The translations under genes and the position numbers were made by a program. A DNA stretch of 62,449 nucleotides from a virus. Taxonomy: Duplodnaviria > Caudoviricetes. The notes under the pieces are model-generated. The model had not been told where the DNA came from, made no database searches, and saw only the letters and a program-made list of their open reading frames with translations. Shown in pieces: positions 46,262 through 56,883 of this stretch; the first letter of the stretch is position 1; the number at the start of each line of letters is the position of its first letter. The stretch spans positions 1 to 62,449 of IMG/VR virus record IMGVR_UViG_3300034166_000053. One strand, written 5' to 3'.

Positions 46262-49200
46262 CGCTCCATGCCCAGGGCTTTGAAGTCCTGAACCATCTGG
46301 TACTTGAGCACGTTCTGCTGCATGGTCGAGATGCGCAGCAGTTCGTCTCGGGTCTTTGGTGAGATATCAGGCATGGTGCGGATTTCCCTTGCCTCTGCCC
46401 GCAGTTTGTTCAGTTCGCCCTGACGGCTGCGGTATGCATCAACCAGCATTCCGTGCAGAGGGTTCTTTGCCTCGTACTCAGCCAGCCGCACGGGGTCACG
46501 CTGGTCCAGAGTGTTCATGCGCTTGTCGATCTCAAGGATGCGCTTTTCTATCTCGCCGTATTCGCGGGAATCCACGTTGGTTTTGGCACCGAAGAAGCTG
46601 CCAATCAGCGGCACATCGGTCTTGATGTTGAACGTCTTTTCGCCTCGGTCGAGATTGACCCACGAGTAGAGAACTTCACCGACTTTTGCCAGACCATCCA
46701 GATAGCTGTTGGCAAAGAAGTAGAGCGAATTTGGAGAAACATCAACCGACCCAAGCGATGCATTGAAGAAGTACTCAGCGGCGTCCTTGTAAATCTCAGG
46801 AATTCGATCCCCACCAGTAAAGGCATCACCCATGCGGCGAGTCGCTGCACTGTTGATGGTTTGTCCAATACCGTTGGTATTCATCATGAACTCCAAGATA
46901 GGGCGAATTGTGGTGGGCGTTACTGTATCAAGCGCCCACTTTCCAGCAGACTCAGGCGACTCAGTCGGCGGAATCTTAGACAACGGCAAAGGCAAGAACG
47001 AGTCTGCAAACGATGTAAACATGTTGCCAAACATTTCTTTTGCCGAAGATGCCCCGACAGTGAACCCAGCGAACTGAGCGCCGATGGCTGCAAACGCACC
47101 AAGACCGAAGCCCCAAGGTATCTGGAACACAACGTCACGCCCGATACCTGCTTTCTCCGACACCTCATTTGGAATATGGAAGCGAGCAAAGCGAGTCCAC
47201 TGCCCCATGTTGTCATTCATGACGGCGTTACGTTTCCAGTCATCATCGGGGGCCATCAGCGCCGACATATAGAAAAGCGCCATACCCATGCCCCCAAGGG
47301 CGGTGACCATAATTCGTGCGTTGCGTTGCTGTTGTGCGTAGTTGGCTTTGAATTCTTCCAAAGCTTTTGGGTCATTCCGTATGACTGCTGGCAGATCGTT
47401 AACCGCCATACTTAGTGGGCGGACAGCAGGCAAGGTAGCTTCAGCCGCACGCATAGCACCCGTCGCAGAAGCACGGATGAACATGTAGAGCGCACCCATC
47501 TCTCGCGCATACTCACCAGCCTTTTCAAAGTTGGCGAGGTTCTTAGTCCACGCAGCAGCCTCAGTCCCTGCGGCTCGGTTTGCCGCCGCTTCTGTCATTC
47601 CTTTGGCGATGTTCTTCTTCACAAGTTCTTCTTTGCGCAGCGCAAAGGCAGCGGTGCGGCTTGTGAATTCAAACATGTCGTTCCATACATCGACGAACTT
47701 ATTGAATTTCTCGACGGTGTCTATGATCCGACGTTTGCCAAGACCGGTGTTGAGGTCATGCAGGCTGGACTTGAGGGAGAAACTTTCCAAGTAAGTGGTC
47801 TTGCCGCCGCGACGCAGATACTCCACCATGTCACGCACAAAGGGGTCTTTGCTGGCAAGATCAGCCAGCATCCGCTGACTGACAGGGTCACCCTTCTCAT
47901 GCAAGATAGCCACTTCCATAGCCTTGCCAAGACCGTTCTTAACCACCATTGCACTGATGGTCTTGATGTACTGCGCGGACTTCATTGGTCCAAGCTCTGC
48001 ACCCATAGTCCATGCGTTGGTCAGCGAGTCACGTACAAAGTTGAGCGGCGCAAAGTTGTAGTTGTACCGCGTGTGCATGGCACCAAAGAAGCCTGTCACG
48101 GAGTTTGCCATGTCAAGCACAGGCGATGCATCGCGAAACGAATAACGCAGCGCGTTAAGAATCTTGGGGTCTTTGATTTGGACAATGTCTATCGACCCGT
48201 CCGGGTTGTAGACAAAGATATTGCTGCCACCCTTAAACTTAGTCAGATCAACAGTGTTGCGTTCCGCAAATTCGATATGACCAATAACTTTAGCGTTTTC
48301 AATAACCCCAGTACCGGTCGGATTAAGTTTGTTTGGCTCTACTGCATTCTTGATTGATTGCATGTAGTTGCGACGGCCAGCCCGACCAGCAGCGCGATAA
48401 GCATCACTCATCATCTGCAACAGAGGGTTGTCAGCCGGACTAAAGCGGCCATCCGCAGCGTACTCAATCTCTTGCAGTTCCTTGCCTGTTGCCTTGGTGT
48501 CAAAGGAAACGAATTCGTCGGCCACAGAATGTTTTGACACCCCTTTGAACGGCAGGTAATGCTGGTAGTTGTACATGCCAACCAGATTGGACACGGGAAA
48601 CGACCAGTAGTTGCCAATCTTATTCAGATCAGCCGTGACCTTGGTGATTTCTCGTGCTTCAGCAAAAATCTTGTCCAGCAACTGTCTTTGCTCATCAGGA
48701 AGCGCTTGGTACTCTTGCATGCGCAAGTTGACTTCGTCTTGGTTAATACCCAACACGTTGTACAGCGGCGAGTCCTTGTTGATGTCCATAACCTTTACAC
48801 GCTTACGCATGCGGTCATCCTTGATGCGCGGACTATCTCCAGCAGGGTCTGCGTGGTTGTTGGCGAGGCTGGTAAGTTCGTCCCAAAGCTGCCGCTGCTG
48901 AGCTTCAGTCAATTCAACGCGATCTTTGATACCCGGCTTGCCAGTGCGGGGGTCGCCAAGAATATCAATACGACGCTGTGCTGCACTGATCTTCTTGCCG
49001 TTGTGCGTCAAGTTTTGGTCTGTGCTCAACGGTACAGAGGTAACCCACTTCACGTTGCGACGCTCAGGCTCGTGAAACATCTCTGAGAACATGTGCAGAT
49101 CAATCAACACGTCATCAAGCTTTTGCTTGGTCATCTTGACGTAATCACTGACTGACTGCTTGATGTTGTCCATCGGCACGCGAAGATAGTGATTGACAAA

Positions 49201-52200
49201 ATTGCGTTGTTCGCCCGTCGCTACATCGCGCTGCTCATCGAAGTTGTTGAACGCGCCGTCCATGTCCCGGTTGATAAGGCCCGCCAAGTCAAGCTTGCGG
49301 TGCAGGCTGCGAGACTGAATGCTCTTGTCTTGGAACCGACGGACGGTCTCCCTCCATCCAGCAGCCGTAGTAAGAGACCGCCAGATTTTTCCGGGGGTTG
49401 ACTCAATCTTTTCTTTGGCGCTGGGCTTGTAGAACTCACGTGTCTTGGGGTCTTGAGTACCGCCCTTGCGCAACTTGTCTTCTGGCGTTTCTGGTGGAGC
49501 GGCGGCAGGGGCAGCAGCCGCACCCTTCTTCGATTTTTTGAATAGCGGGGGCGGCGCGGGCAGCCTTGGTATCTTGGCATAAAGCTCCGCGCCGATGCCT
49601 TCCTTGCCAGCCAACTGCGTGATACCGCCTTCGGGTGCAGCAAGAATGAGTTGAACCATCTCTGAGGCTTCCAGCAGCAGATTGCCTTTGTAGCCGGGTT
49701 CACGCAAGATTTCGCGCTTGAGGTTTGCTACGCCGTTCTGGATAACCATTTCGCTGCGCAAAGGCTCGATCTTGGCCTCCTTCATCTCCTTGTCTGGGTC
49801 ATCAAACAACGACTCAGGCGTAAGAGCTTCGCGCTCTGCCAATGACAGTTCTCGCTCTTCAGCACGCTCATCCGCAGCAATACGCCGAGCTTCAATCTCT
49901 GCTTTGGTCTCAGCAGCTTTTTCTTGTTTGGCTGTCTTGGCTTTAGTGGTCCGCGACTTCTCAGTCGGCATCAACACCTTGGTGTTCTTAGCGCCGGGCG
50001 TAAACAGCTTGTAGAGATACGCTAGCGTGCCGGTGTACGCACCCCACAAGTTGTCCATGAACGAGTCGTAGCGGGACTCGCCTCCTTTTGCTTCGCGCTC
50101 AAGCTGGATATCTTGTGCTTGTTCTTCAGTCTTTGCAGTGGCTTCAGCCAACTTGCCAACTTGCTGCTGCGCCAAGTCATACTGAAAGTCCATGTCCGTC
50201 TGGGAGTAAGCGACGAACTCGTAGAGGTTCTCAAACGCATTCGGGTACTTGCTGCCAAGGCGCGATTTGGCCGCTGCCGCAACCCTGATAAGTTGCTCAA
50301 CTGCTTTGCGAGAACGCTCCGTCAACACAGACGGGTCGATGTAGAACTGATGGATGATCTTGACCGTAGCGGCATGCACCAATTCATGAAGAATGGTGGC
50401 TTCATCCAGCCCGTTCGGGCCGACATACAGTGTGTTGGTGTTGGCATCGTAACGAGCAATCTGGTCATAGACCATGTTCTCGTCGTACACAACGTTGACC
50501 TTGAAGCCCTCGATGTTGTTCAGCGTGCTTGCAAGCCCACGAAAGACCTGCATGGCAACCGAATTACGAATGTTGACCGGACGCCGCGCAAAACGTGGCT
50601 TAAGGCTTCCAGTTTTGCCGCGCTGAACACCAGCCAGAAAGAAGTCGCTTACCTTCTTGAGCTTTAGCCCGTTGCCTTTCTCGCTGATGTAGTTCAGTAC
50701 GGTCTTTATGTCACCTTTGGCAAGCGCCTCGATGATGTTGTCAGGCAGGATGTCTCCCTTGCCTGCGGGCTGAGACTTGCGGGCGCGCTCCGCTGCATCG
50801 AGCATCTGGCGCGTTGCATCCGTTTCGGCTTGGGCCAGCGCCTCTCTTGAAGCTTCGTCAGTCTTTTCTTTCTGAATCTGCGCCTTGACGGCTTGGAAGG
50901 CAGAGTACTGCTCAATCGCACTGTTCGTTTTATTGATTGCAGTAAAGAGCCGCTTGCTCTCGTCCGACAAAGAGTTCCACGCCGGGAACGAATACGACAG
51001 TCCAGTCTTACGCCCAAACGAATCACGCTCGCGGTTGTAGTCCTCTCTGCCTTTCGTCTCTCCTTCGATGGTCTCTTCCCTTTTGCCCAGCCTGTAGTCA
51101 GACAGCCTGCGCGCTACACGGGCGTGTTCTTGGGCGGTGCCAGCACCGGGACGTGCAATGCCCTCTTGGAAGTAGACGCGCCGCTCATCGTTGGTCAGCT
51201 TGTCGTAGGCGGGTAGCTGCTCGGACTCGTCTTCGATGGTCTGGTTGAACTTCTGCCGCTCAGCCTCGTATGCCTCGATCTGAAGATCAGGTGGTACGTA
51301 TGAAGTTTCTTCGCGCAAAGTCTGGCCAGCAAGCTCGGTGGCGGGAATATCAGACATAGGTCTGCCTTCCCGTGCCTTTTCAAAAGCAATGGCTTCTTTG
51401 ATACGCGCACCAAACTGCTGTGCCGACTCATCTGCGCTTCTGCTCAGACCATACCGACGACCAAGCTTGTCCAACTGCTCATCACGAGACATCTCAGCGC
51501 CAGTGCGTCTAGCAGACAGAGATGAGTCTCCGCCAAGAAGATCATTGAGCAAGTCCTCGTCGGTTTGCGCGGCGCTTTTTGCGGTTCCGCGTCTGTTAAT
51601 TTCTGCCTGTATAAGATCAACGGGCAAGAGAGAAACTTCTGAGCCGCCAATCTGAACCATAGCCCGTTGAAGCTCTTCGTCTGTGGCAGCCTTCAGTATT
51701 TCTTGCTGTATTTCTTGCTTTGTTTTTGGCGCGGCAGGAGTAGTGGGAGTTACTGCACCCGGCTTTGCTCCTTTTCCAGCAGCAGTTGTTGTAGTAGCTG
51801 CTCCAGCAACATCCACTCCACCGGGTTTAGCTGCTGTAGTTCCTCCGGCGGTGTCGATTGCACCGGGCTGTCCAGCCACGCCAGCGCCTGCTCCACCTGT
51901 TTGATCGAGAGGTCCTGTAGTTGAGACACTTGGTGCTCCTTGCTGTCCGAGATGGGCACGGATGATGTCAAATTTGGCTTGATTAGAAGTCGCACTAAAC
52001 GGAAACGTGATGCCCAGCCCTGCACCGATACCTTGCAGTTCTTTCCGAGTCATCTTGCCACCACCATCGACCCTGGCGATCAACTCGTTGGCCTTTGTGG
52101 TGGCCTCGTCAAGACTGAGTTTGGCGGCTTGTGCAGCGGCTGCGGCCTCGGTGTCGGCCCTGGTCTTGCCCGCTGTAGTTTCAGGGGCGGCTCCAACCAG

Positions 52201-53460
52201 AGGTTTGCCAGCAGCGTCCGTGGCAGGCACCAGCAGATTCAAATCATCAGAGCCGGGCGCGGGTGGTTTGAACTGTTTGTTCTCGCCCGCTGTTGTAAAG
52301 ACCGTCTCCCTAAGAGCGTCGTCAGCAGCTTTGGTGGTAGGCTGGTCGCGGAAAAACTCACGCTTGCCCGTATAGGCATCGCGCCCACCAGCAATCGCAC
52401 CCATGCCGAAACCAGCAAGACCCTCAAGCGTACCCTGCCCAACCACACCGCGCATGGTGGGCACATCAAAGCCTTCGCGCTGCTGAGCGATGTTCTTAGC
52501 CAACTGCTCTTGGCCACCCTGAATAAATTCAGTGCCGAACTCTTTGCCGCCGGTTATTGCTGCTTGCTTGGTGATGCCGCGCTTAGCCGCTAGTTCAGCA
52601 GCTTCTCTTGATGCGGTCTTTAGCGCCGTTTCAGTTGCAGCCTTCTCTGCGGCTTTGCCAGCAATTTGTTTTGCCAACGTCCGTGCAATGACGGGTTCAG
52701 CACCTGTCCTTGCGCCGACCGCACCGATGATGGAGCCTAGCAGGATAGAGTCGAGGTTCTTGCCACCGTACGCCTGTGCATCAACGGCAATCTTTTCAAT
52801 CTGTTCGGGCGTCAGATTGAGTTCTTTTTGACCAGTAAGAATCTCTTTCGTGGCGTCATAGACCGCGCTCTTAATCGTGCCCGCACCCATAACCGCGCCA
52901 GTACCAAGCATAGCAGCGGTAGTTGCAGCGGCGGGAGCACCAAGGACAAACGCACCAACAGCGGCGAGGATGCTAGGAGCGGCAGTGCCAAGCGCGTTGA
53001 CAAGTAGATCGACAGGGGCAACCTGGGCCGCTTTCGCAGCAGCCACGACTTGGTCAAGGACACCCTTGTCCTCAGCCTCTTGCATGATCTGCGCCATGCG
53101 CTTGCTGTCCTGTTTGGACTGGGCGCTGTAGAGTTCAGCAATCCAATCTTCTGCACCGCGCAGGTTTTTAGACACAGCAGAATCTGCGCCCATAGCATCA
53201 GCGACTATGCGAAAGCCCCTCGTGACGCTCCCCGCCAACATGAGCGGCACATCTGCAACCTGACGGAAAACGCTTTGGTCTTCTGGCTTAGGCGCAGGCG
53301 CTGTAGCGCCCCCCGTGGGGATTTGCTCTACCGCAGATGCGGGCGTAGCAACTAAGTCCTTTTTGGCAAGCCAAGCATCCGGGTCAAACGGCGTTGCGGA
53401 TGCAGCGGGAGGTTGTGCGTCTTTCTTAGCAAGCCAAGCATCGGGATCAAAAGCCCCCAT
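46258..53460 (-). CDS. Giant internal virion (ejection) polyvalent protein with zincin HExxH and LPD38-like C-terminus
   Basis: 2400 aa; N-terminal Ala/Gly hydrophobic helices; ARYD...ILHELVHAAT...EFVAY; C-terminal FQIPWGFGLG. Confidence 0.75.
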   Translation of the reverse strand: MGAFDPDAWLAKKDAQPPAASATPFDPDAWLAKKDLVATPASAVEQIPTGGATAPAPKPEDQSVFRQVADVPLMLAGSVTRGFRIVADAMGADSAVSKNLRGAEDWIAELYSAQSKQDSKRMAQIMQEAEDKGVLDQVVAAAKAAQVAPVDLLVNALGTAAPSILAAVGAFVLGAPAAATTAAMLGTGAVMGAGTIKSAVYDATKEILTGQKELNLTPEQIEKIAVDAQAYGGKNLDSILLGSIIGAVGARTGAEPVIARTLAKQIAGKAAEKAATETALKTASREAAELAAKRGITKQAAITGGKEFGTEFIQGGQEQLAKNIAQQREGFDVPTMRGVVGQGTLEGLAGFGMGAIAGGRDAYTGKREFFRDQPTTKAADDALRETVFTTAGENKQFKPPAPGSDDLNLLVPATDAAGKPLVGAAPETTAGKTRADTEAAAAAQAAKLSLDEATTKANELIARVDGGGKMTRKELQGIGAGLGITFPFSATSNQAKFDIIRAHLGQQGAPSVSTTGPLDQTGGAGAGVAGQPGAIDTAGGTTAAKPGGVDVAGAATTTTAAGKGAKPGAVTPTTPAAPKTKQEIQQEILKAATDEELQRAMVQIGGSEVSLLPVDLIQAEINRRGTAKSAAQTDEDLLNDLLGGDSSLSARRTGAEMSRDEQLDKLGRRYGLSRSADESAQQFGARIKEAIAFEKAREGRPMSDIPATELAGQTLREETSYVPPDLQIEAYEAERQKFNQTIEDESEQLPAYDKLTNDERRVYFQEGIARPGAGTAQEHARVARRLSDYRLGKREETIEGETKGREDYNRERDSFGRKTGLSYSFPAWNSLSDESKRLFTAINKTNSAIEQYSAFQAVKAQIQKEKTDEASREALAQAETDATRQMLDAAERARKSQPAGKGDILPDNIIEALAKGDIKTVLNYISEKGNGLKLKKVSDFFLAGVQRGKTGSLKPRFARRPVNIRNSVAMQVFRGLASTLNNIEGFKVNVVYDENMVYDQIARYDANTNTLYVGPNGLDEATILHELVHAATVKIIHQFYIDPSVLTERSRKAVEQLIRVAAAAKSRLGSKYPNAFENLYEFVAYSQTDMDFQYDLAQQQVGKLAEATAKTEEQAQDIQLEREAKGGESRYDSFMDNLWGAYTGTLAYLYKLFTPGAKNTKVLMPTEKSRTTKAKTAKQEKAAETKAEIEARRIAADERAEERELSLAEREALTPESLFDDPDKEMKEAKIEPLRSEMVIQNGVANLKREILREPGYKGNLLLEASEMVQLILAAPEGGITQLAGKEGIGAELYAKIPRLPAPPPLFKKSKKGAAAAPAAAPPETPEDKLRKGGTQDPKTREFYKPSAKEKIESTPGKIWRSLTTAAGWRETVRRFQDKSIQSRSLHRKLDLAGLINRDMDGAFNNFDEQRDVATGEQRNFVNHYLRVPMDNIKQSVSDYVKMTKQKLDDVLIDLHMFSEMFHEPERRNVKWVTSVPLSTDQNLTHNGKKISAAQRRIDILGDPRTGKPGIKDRVELTEAQQRQLWDELTSLANNHADPAGDSPRIKDDRMRKRVKVMDINKDSPLYNVLGINQDEVNLRMQEYQALPDEQRQLLDKIFAEAREITKVTADLNKIGNYWSFPVSNLVGMYNYQHYLPFKGVSKHSVADEFVSFDTKATGKELQEIEYAADGRFSPADNPLLQMMSDAYRAAGRAGRRNYMQSIKNAVEPNKLNPTGTGVIENAKVIGHIEFAERNTVDLTKFKGGSNIFVYNPDGSIDIVQIKDPKILNALRYSFRDASPVLDMANSVTGFFGAMHTRYNYNFAPLNFVRDSLTNAWTMGAELGPMKSAQYIKTISAMVVKNGLGKAMEVAILHEKGDPVSQRMLADLASKDPFVRDMVEYLRRGGKTTYLESFSLKSSLHDLNTGLGKRRIIDTVEKFNKFVDVWNDMFEFTSRTAAFALRKEELVKKNIAKGMTEAAANRAAGTEAAAWTKNLANFEKAGEYAREMGALYMFIRASATGAMRAAEATLPAVRPLSMAVNDLPAVIRNDPKALEEFKANYAQQQRNARIMVTALGGMGMALFYMSALMAPDDDWKRNAVMNDNMGQWTRFARFHIPNEVSEKAGIGRDVVFQIPWGFGLGAFAAIGAQFAGFTVGASSAKEMFGNMFTSFADSFLPLPLSKIPPTESPESAGKWALDTVTPTTIRPILEFMMNTNGIGQTINSAATRRMGDAFTGGDRIPEIYKDAAEYFFNASLGSVDVSPNSLYFFANSYLDGLAKVGEVLYSWVNLDRGEKTFNIKTDVPLIGSFFGAKTNVDSREYGEIEKRILEIDKRMNTLDQRDPVRLAEYEAKNPLHGMLVDAYRSRQGELNKLRAEAREIRTMPDISPKTRDELLRISTMQQNVLKYQMVQDFKALGMER

Positions 53461-53471
53461 ATCAACCTCCT

Positions 53472-56459
53472 TTACCTGGCGTTAAGCCGCTTCTTGATTT
53501 CCGCTGCCCGTGGGTCGTTGGGGTTTGCATTCGCCCAGTTTAATGCGTCTGTGTCTTCACGAGAACGCGGAGGGGAACCAGAAGTCTGAAGGCCGAGACG
53601 GCCATAGGCCATGTCAGTGTTATTTCTGGCGGCTTCAGCCCTAGCGGTCCACCCTCTTTGGCGCTCGCCAATACGTCTTTGTGCCTCAGCAACTTTTGCC
53701 TCCATGCCCGCTGGTATCTCGCCTTTTTCGTTTCTCATCGCTGCGGTCTTTAGATCGGCCTTGTGTTGGTCGCCATTTTCTTCAAACGCAATACGCTCCA
53801 ACGTACGGCGCTCTTGTTCGCTAGCAGTCTGATACTGGCTAAACTTTTTGGCGTCCGCAATCTCTCCACTACGTTGAGCGCGGTTAGCAGTATCGCCTTG
53901 CTCACGAATTTCCGCAGCGCGTATCTGTGCATTAGCCGAGAACTTAGTGCCCTCCAAACTCCGCTTAGACGCTTCTTCGTTCTGCTGAACCTGCATCAGA
54001 CGTTCTTGCAGTTGCTGAGCGCGGTCGGCGGCCTTTTCTTTGAGGGCGCGTGCCTCTTTCATGTCGCCAAGCTTCTCCAGCCGGATGGAGTTGTCAATGT
54101 CGAATGAAACCTTATCGAGTTCGCGCTTTATTTTCTTCTGCTCTTTTTCGTCAGAAATCAAATCAGGAATGGTCTTCTCAAGCGCGTTCAGACCGGCAGC
54201 GATAGTCGGGCCGGGAGTCGAACCCCACTTGGCGAAGAACTGCGCAAGGCGCATGTGGCGTTGACGCTCAGCTTCATCTTTGGCGTTAGCACGCTCAGCC
54301 ATAATCTGTCTGCGGGACTCTGCGGCAGCAGTGTTCTCAGGCTTGCCAGTTTCAATATCCTCCAAGAAGGCCGACACCGGACGATTCGCCCTTGTACGCG
54401 CCTCGTATTCAGCACGCTGCGCATCAGCCAGTGTGCCTGTGAATGTGGGTGCCGTAACAACAGGAGCGGTGCCAGCCCGTGCTTCGGCTTCACCAGCAAC
54501 CCTCTCAGCCGAAGGAGTAGCTCCCGAAGGGGCTACAGGAGCCGCCGCACGGGGAGGAGCAACGGAAGTAATCCCAGCGCCTTGTGCTTCAGCTTCGCCA
54601 GCCCGGCCTTCAGCCGTAGAAGTGCGCCCCGTAAGAGCCGCCGCAGGAGCGGGTTGAGCCGCCGTAATTGCAGCGGGCGCAGCCGCAGGGACCTCCACAG
54701 GAGCGGGTTGAGCAGCTTCCATAATTCCAGCGGCAGGGGGCGCAAGAGATCGACTCGCAGCGGGAGGAAGCGGATTTGGCTCTGGGATTCGACCGCCACC
54801 CATGCCGCGTGTGTTATATATTGCGCCTGTTTGAATCCAATAAGGAACAGCCTCCGGCCCAAACTCTTTGGCGATTTCATCAATTTTTTCTTTGTTAGCT
54901 GCCCTGGCTTCTGGCGAATTTCTGCGCCGTTCCTCCTGCTCTTGAGCAACTCTAGCTTGAAATTCAGCGTCTCTAGCGGCCGCTTCGGCGGCTCTTTGCT
55001 CTGGAGTCTTCGCCCTTTCTCTAGCTTGTGCGTTTTGTCTACGAAGCTGCGCTTGTTCCTCCATCTGTTGCTCAAACCGATAGTTGGCTTCCGCCCGCGC
55101 ATTTTCTTCGTCTGAAATTGGTCTATTAATCGGCGTGACAGGAAAGTCAGCCCTGCGCCTAGGCACAGACTGTCCAATTCCAACGGGGAACGGCATCTGA
55201 GGAACTGACGCCTCTGATTCTGGGTCTACATCACCACCACGCTGAAACGCGACGATGCCGCCGCCGTACATACGCTGGGCGGCTTTCTCAGCCAAAATTC
55301 CCTTGGCCATTTCTTTGATGCGCTGGCTTGAGGACTCCCTGATGACATTCCTTAGCTGGTCAACACTCATGTCCGTCAGGTCGGAATAGACCTCGCCACC
55401 AACATCGTAGCGGGGGACCGAGGCGATGCCTCCTTCAGCAAATTTGAACTCGCTGGGTAGACCACCCGCTGCGCCCCCTGGGGGCCTCATTGCGTTGTAG
55501 ATGGATGCACCAGCGCCAGCCAGACCGATACCTTGGGTAAGCGGATTCGGAGCCGCAACGTACTGGTTGGTCGTAGCCGCTTGCATGGGCAGACCACGCA
55601 GCATATTGGACATGACGCCCAACTGCATAAGCGGATACTGCTGCATATTTGCATAGTCTTGGATCGCCTGATTGATCTTCTGCTGCTCCAGCGACTGCTG
55701 CTGTGCGCCAACTTGCTGCTGCATACCAAGCGCGGCTTGCCGCTGGCCAAACTCTTGCTGACCTAGAGCACCCATCTGACCTGCGCCCTGAAGCGCGGTC
55801 TGAAGACCCTGCATGCCCAAACCTGCACCATACTGGCGAGACTGCTCACGCATCTGCTGTTCACGGGCAAAGTTCTGCTGCGCCTGATCAAACGCAGTCT
55901 GATACCCACGGGCACGGATATCGCCTTGGAGCATGCCCAGATTACGCTGGCGCTCTGCCTCAACAATTGCCTGACGACCACCACCAAACGCACCGGCACG
56001 GGTGGCTTGCGCCTGATCTATCGTGCGTTGTACCTCAGAAGCCCGCTGTGCCTCACGAAGCTGCGGCTCCATAGCCGTCTCAAGGAACGGATTCATGTAC
56101 TGCGCGGCGCGTTCCGAAGTGAACTGACCCATGCGATAGGGGTCGTAGCCGGTACCCAAAGCACCCATTGTGGCTGCGCCAGCAAGTTGACCGCCAACCT
56201 GACCAAGTTGAGACGGGCCTAGTTGCCCGATGCCTTCAAACGCCTGCTGCTGCATGGGCGAGAAAGGAGCCACGTACGCCGACGGGTCAGTGCTGTAAGG
56301 CTTGTACGGCTTGAAACCAGTGATCTCATTGCCGTCCATATTGAACAACTGTTTCTGGGTCGCGCCCAGCATCGTATGGACATACGGTTCCGCGTATTCG
56401 GGAACGTTTGTGGTGTATGTCGTTCCAGTGCTTTGCGTAGTTCCGCCGCCTTTACCCAT
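53472..56459 (-). CDS. Internal virion (ejection) protein
   Basis: MGKGGG start, Gln/Gly-rich YMNPF...AGAFGGGR segment, clustered xxxGG motifs. Confidence 0.7.
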   Translation of the reverse strand: MGKGGGTTQSTGTTYTTNVPEYAEPYVHTMLGATQKQLFNMDGNEITGFKPYKPYSTDPSAYVAPFSPMQQQAFEGIGQLGPSQLGQVGGQLAGAATMGALGTGYDPYRMGQFTSERAAQYMNPFLETAMEPQLREAQRASEVQRTIDQAQATRAGAFGGGRQAIVEAERQRNLGMLQGDIRARGYQTAFDQAQQNFAREQQMREQSRQYGAGLGMQGLQTALQGAGQMGALGQQEFGQRQAALGMQQQVGAQQQSLEQQKINQAIQDYANMQQYPLMQLGVMSNMLRGLPMQAATTNQYVAAPNPLTQGIGLAGAGASIYNAMRPPGGAAGGLPSEFKFAEGGIASVPRYDVGGEVYSDLTDMSVDQLRNVIRESSSQRIKEMAKGILAEKAAQRMYGGGIVAFQRGGDVDPESEASVPQMPFPVGIGQSVPRRRADFPVTPINRPISDEENARAEANYRFEQQMEEQAQLRRQNAQARERAKTPEQRAAEAAARDAEFQARVAQEQEERRRNSPEARAANKEKIDEIAKEFGPEAVPYWIQTGAIYNTRGMGGGRIPEPNPLPPAASRSLAPPAAGIMEAAQPAPVEVPAAAPAAITAAQPAPAAALTGRTSTAEGRAGEAEAQGAGITSVAPPRAAAPVAPSGATPSAERVAGEAEARAGTAPVVTAPTFTGTLADAQRAEYEARTRANRPVSAFLEDIETGKPENTAAAESRRQIMAERANAKDEAERQRHMRLAQFFAKWGSTPGPTIAAGLNALEKTIPDLISDEKEQKKIKRELDKVSFDIDNSIRLEKLGDMKEARALKEKAADRAQQLQERLMQVQQNEEASKRSLEGTKFSANAQIRAAEIREQGDTANRAQRSGEIADAKKFSQYQTASEQERRTLERIAFEENGDQHKADLKTAAMRNEKGEIPAGMEAKVAEAQRRIGERQRGWTARAEAARNNTDMAYGRLGLQTSGSPPRSREDTDALNWANANPNDPRAAEIKKRLNAR

Positions 56460-56883
56460 GATGCGCTCCTTCAACCGGCAACTCAAAAGTCACCCAGTTA
56501 CTCTTGTACCCGTCATTTTGAAAAACCTTGGCCCATCCACGACGTGCCGTGGCCTCGATGCCATCACAACCCATGTCCCATGCAAAACGCTGCAGCAGCT
56601 TAAGCATCGGGTCTTTCCATTCTTTCAGTCTTTCACCGCCGCAAAACGACATGCAAAGGACTTTGCGTTTTGGGTAAACAACAAAGTTGGTGACTACTGC
56701 ACCCACGATTTTCCCGTCTTCAAACGCAACCCACAAGTGGTAGTCATAGTCTTTGACCGAATCGTAAATGTCGCCTACGGTGTATCGTCCAAACGTGTAG
56801 TCTGCCGCACGGTCCAGATATGGTTCGACCTGTTTCCAACACGTATCGACGTACTGGGAAGGGACCATCGAGACTTGGATCAT
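56452..56883 (-). CDS. GNAT-fold acetyltransferase-like protein
   Basis: LWVAFEDGKIVGAVVT...CGG...GCDGIEATARRGWAKV; lies among ejection genes. Confidence 0.6.
   Translation of the reverse strand: MIQVSMVPSQYVDTCWKQVEPYLDRAADYTFGRYTVGDIYDSVKDYDYHLWVAFEDGKIVGAVVTNFVVYPKRKVLCMSFCGGERLKEWKDPMLKLLQRFAWDMGCDGIEATARRGWAKVFQNDGYKSNWVTFELPVEGAHHG

Noticed and set aside
46258-53460. N4-like virion RNA polymerase reading the hairpin motifs
   Set aside because: No recognisable single-subunit RNAP or DxDxD motifs, and the early genes have consensus sigma70 promoters
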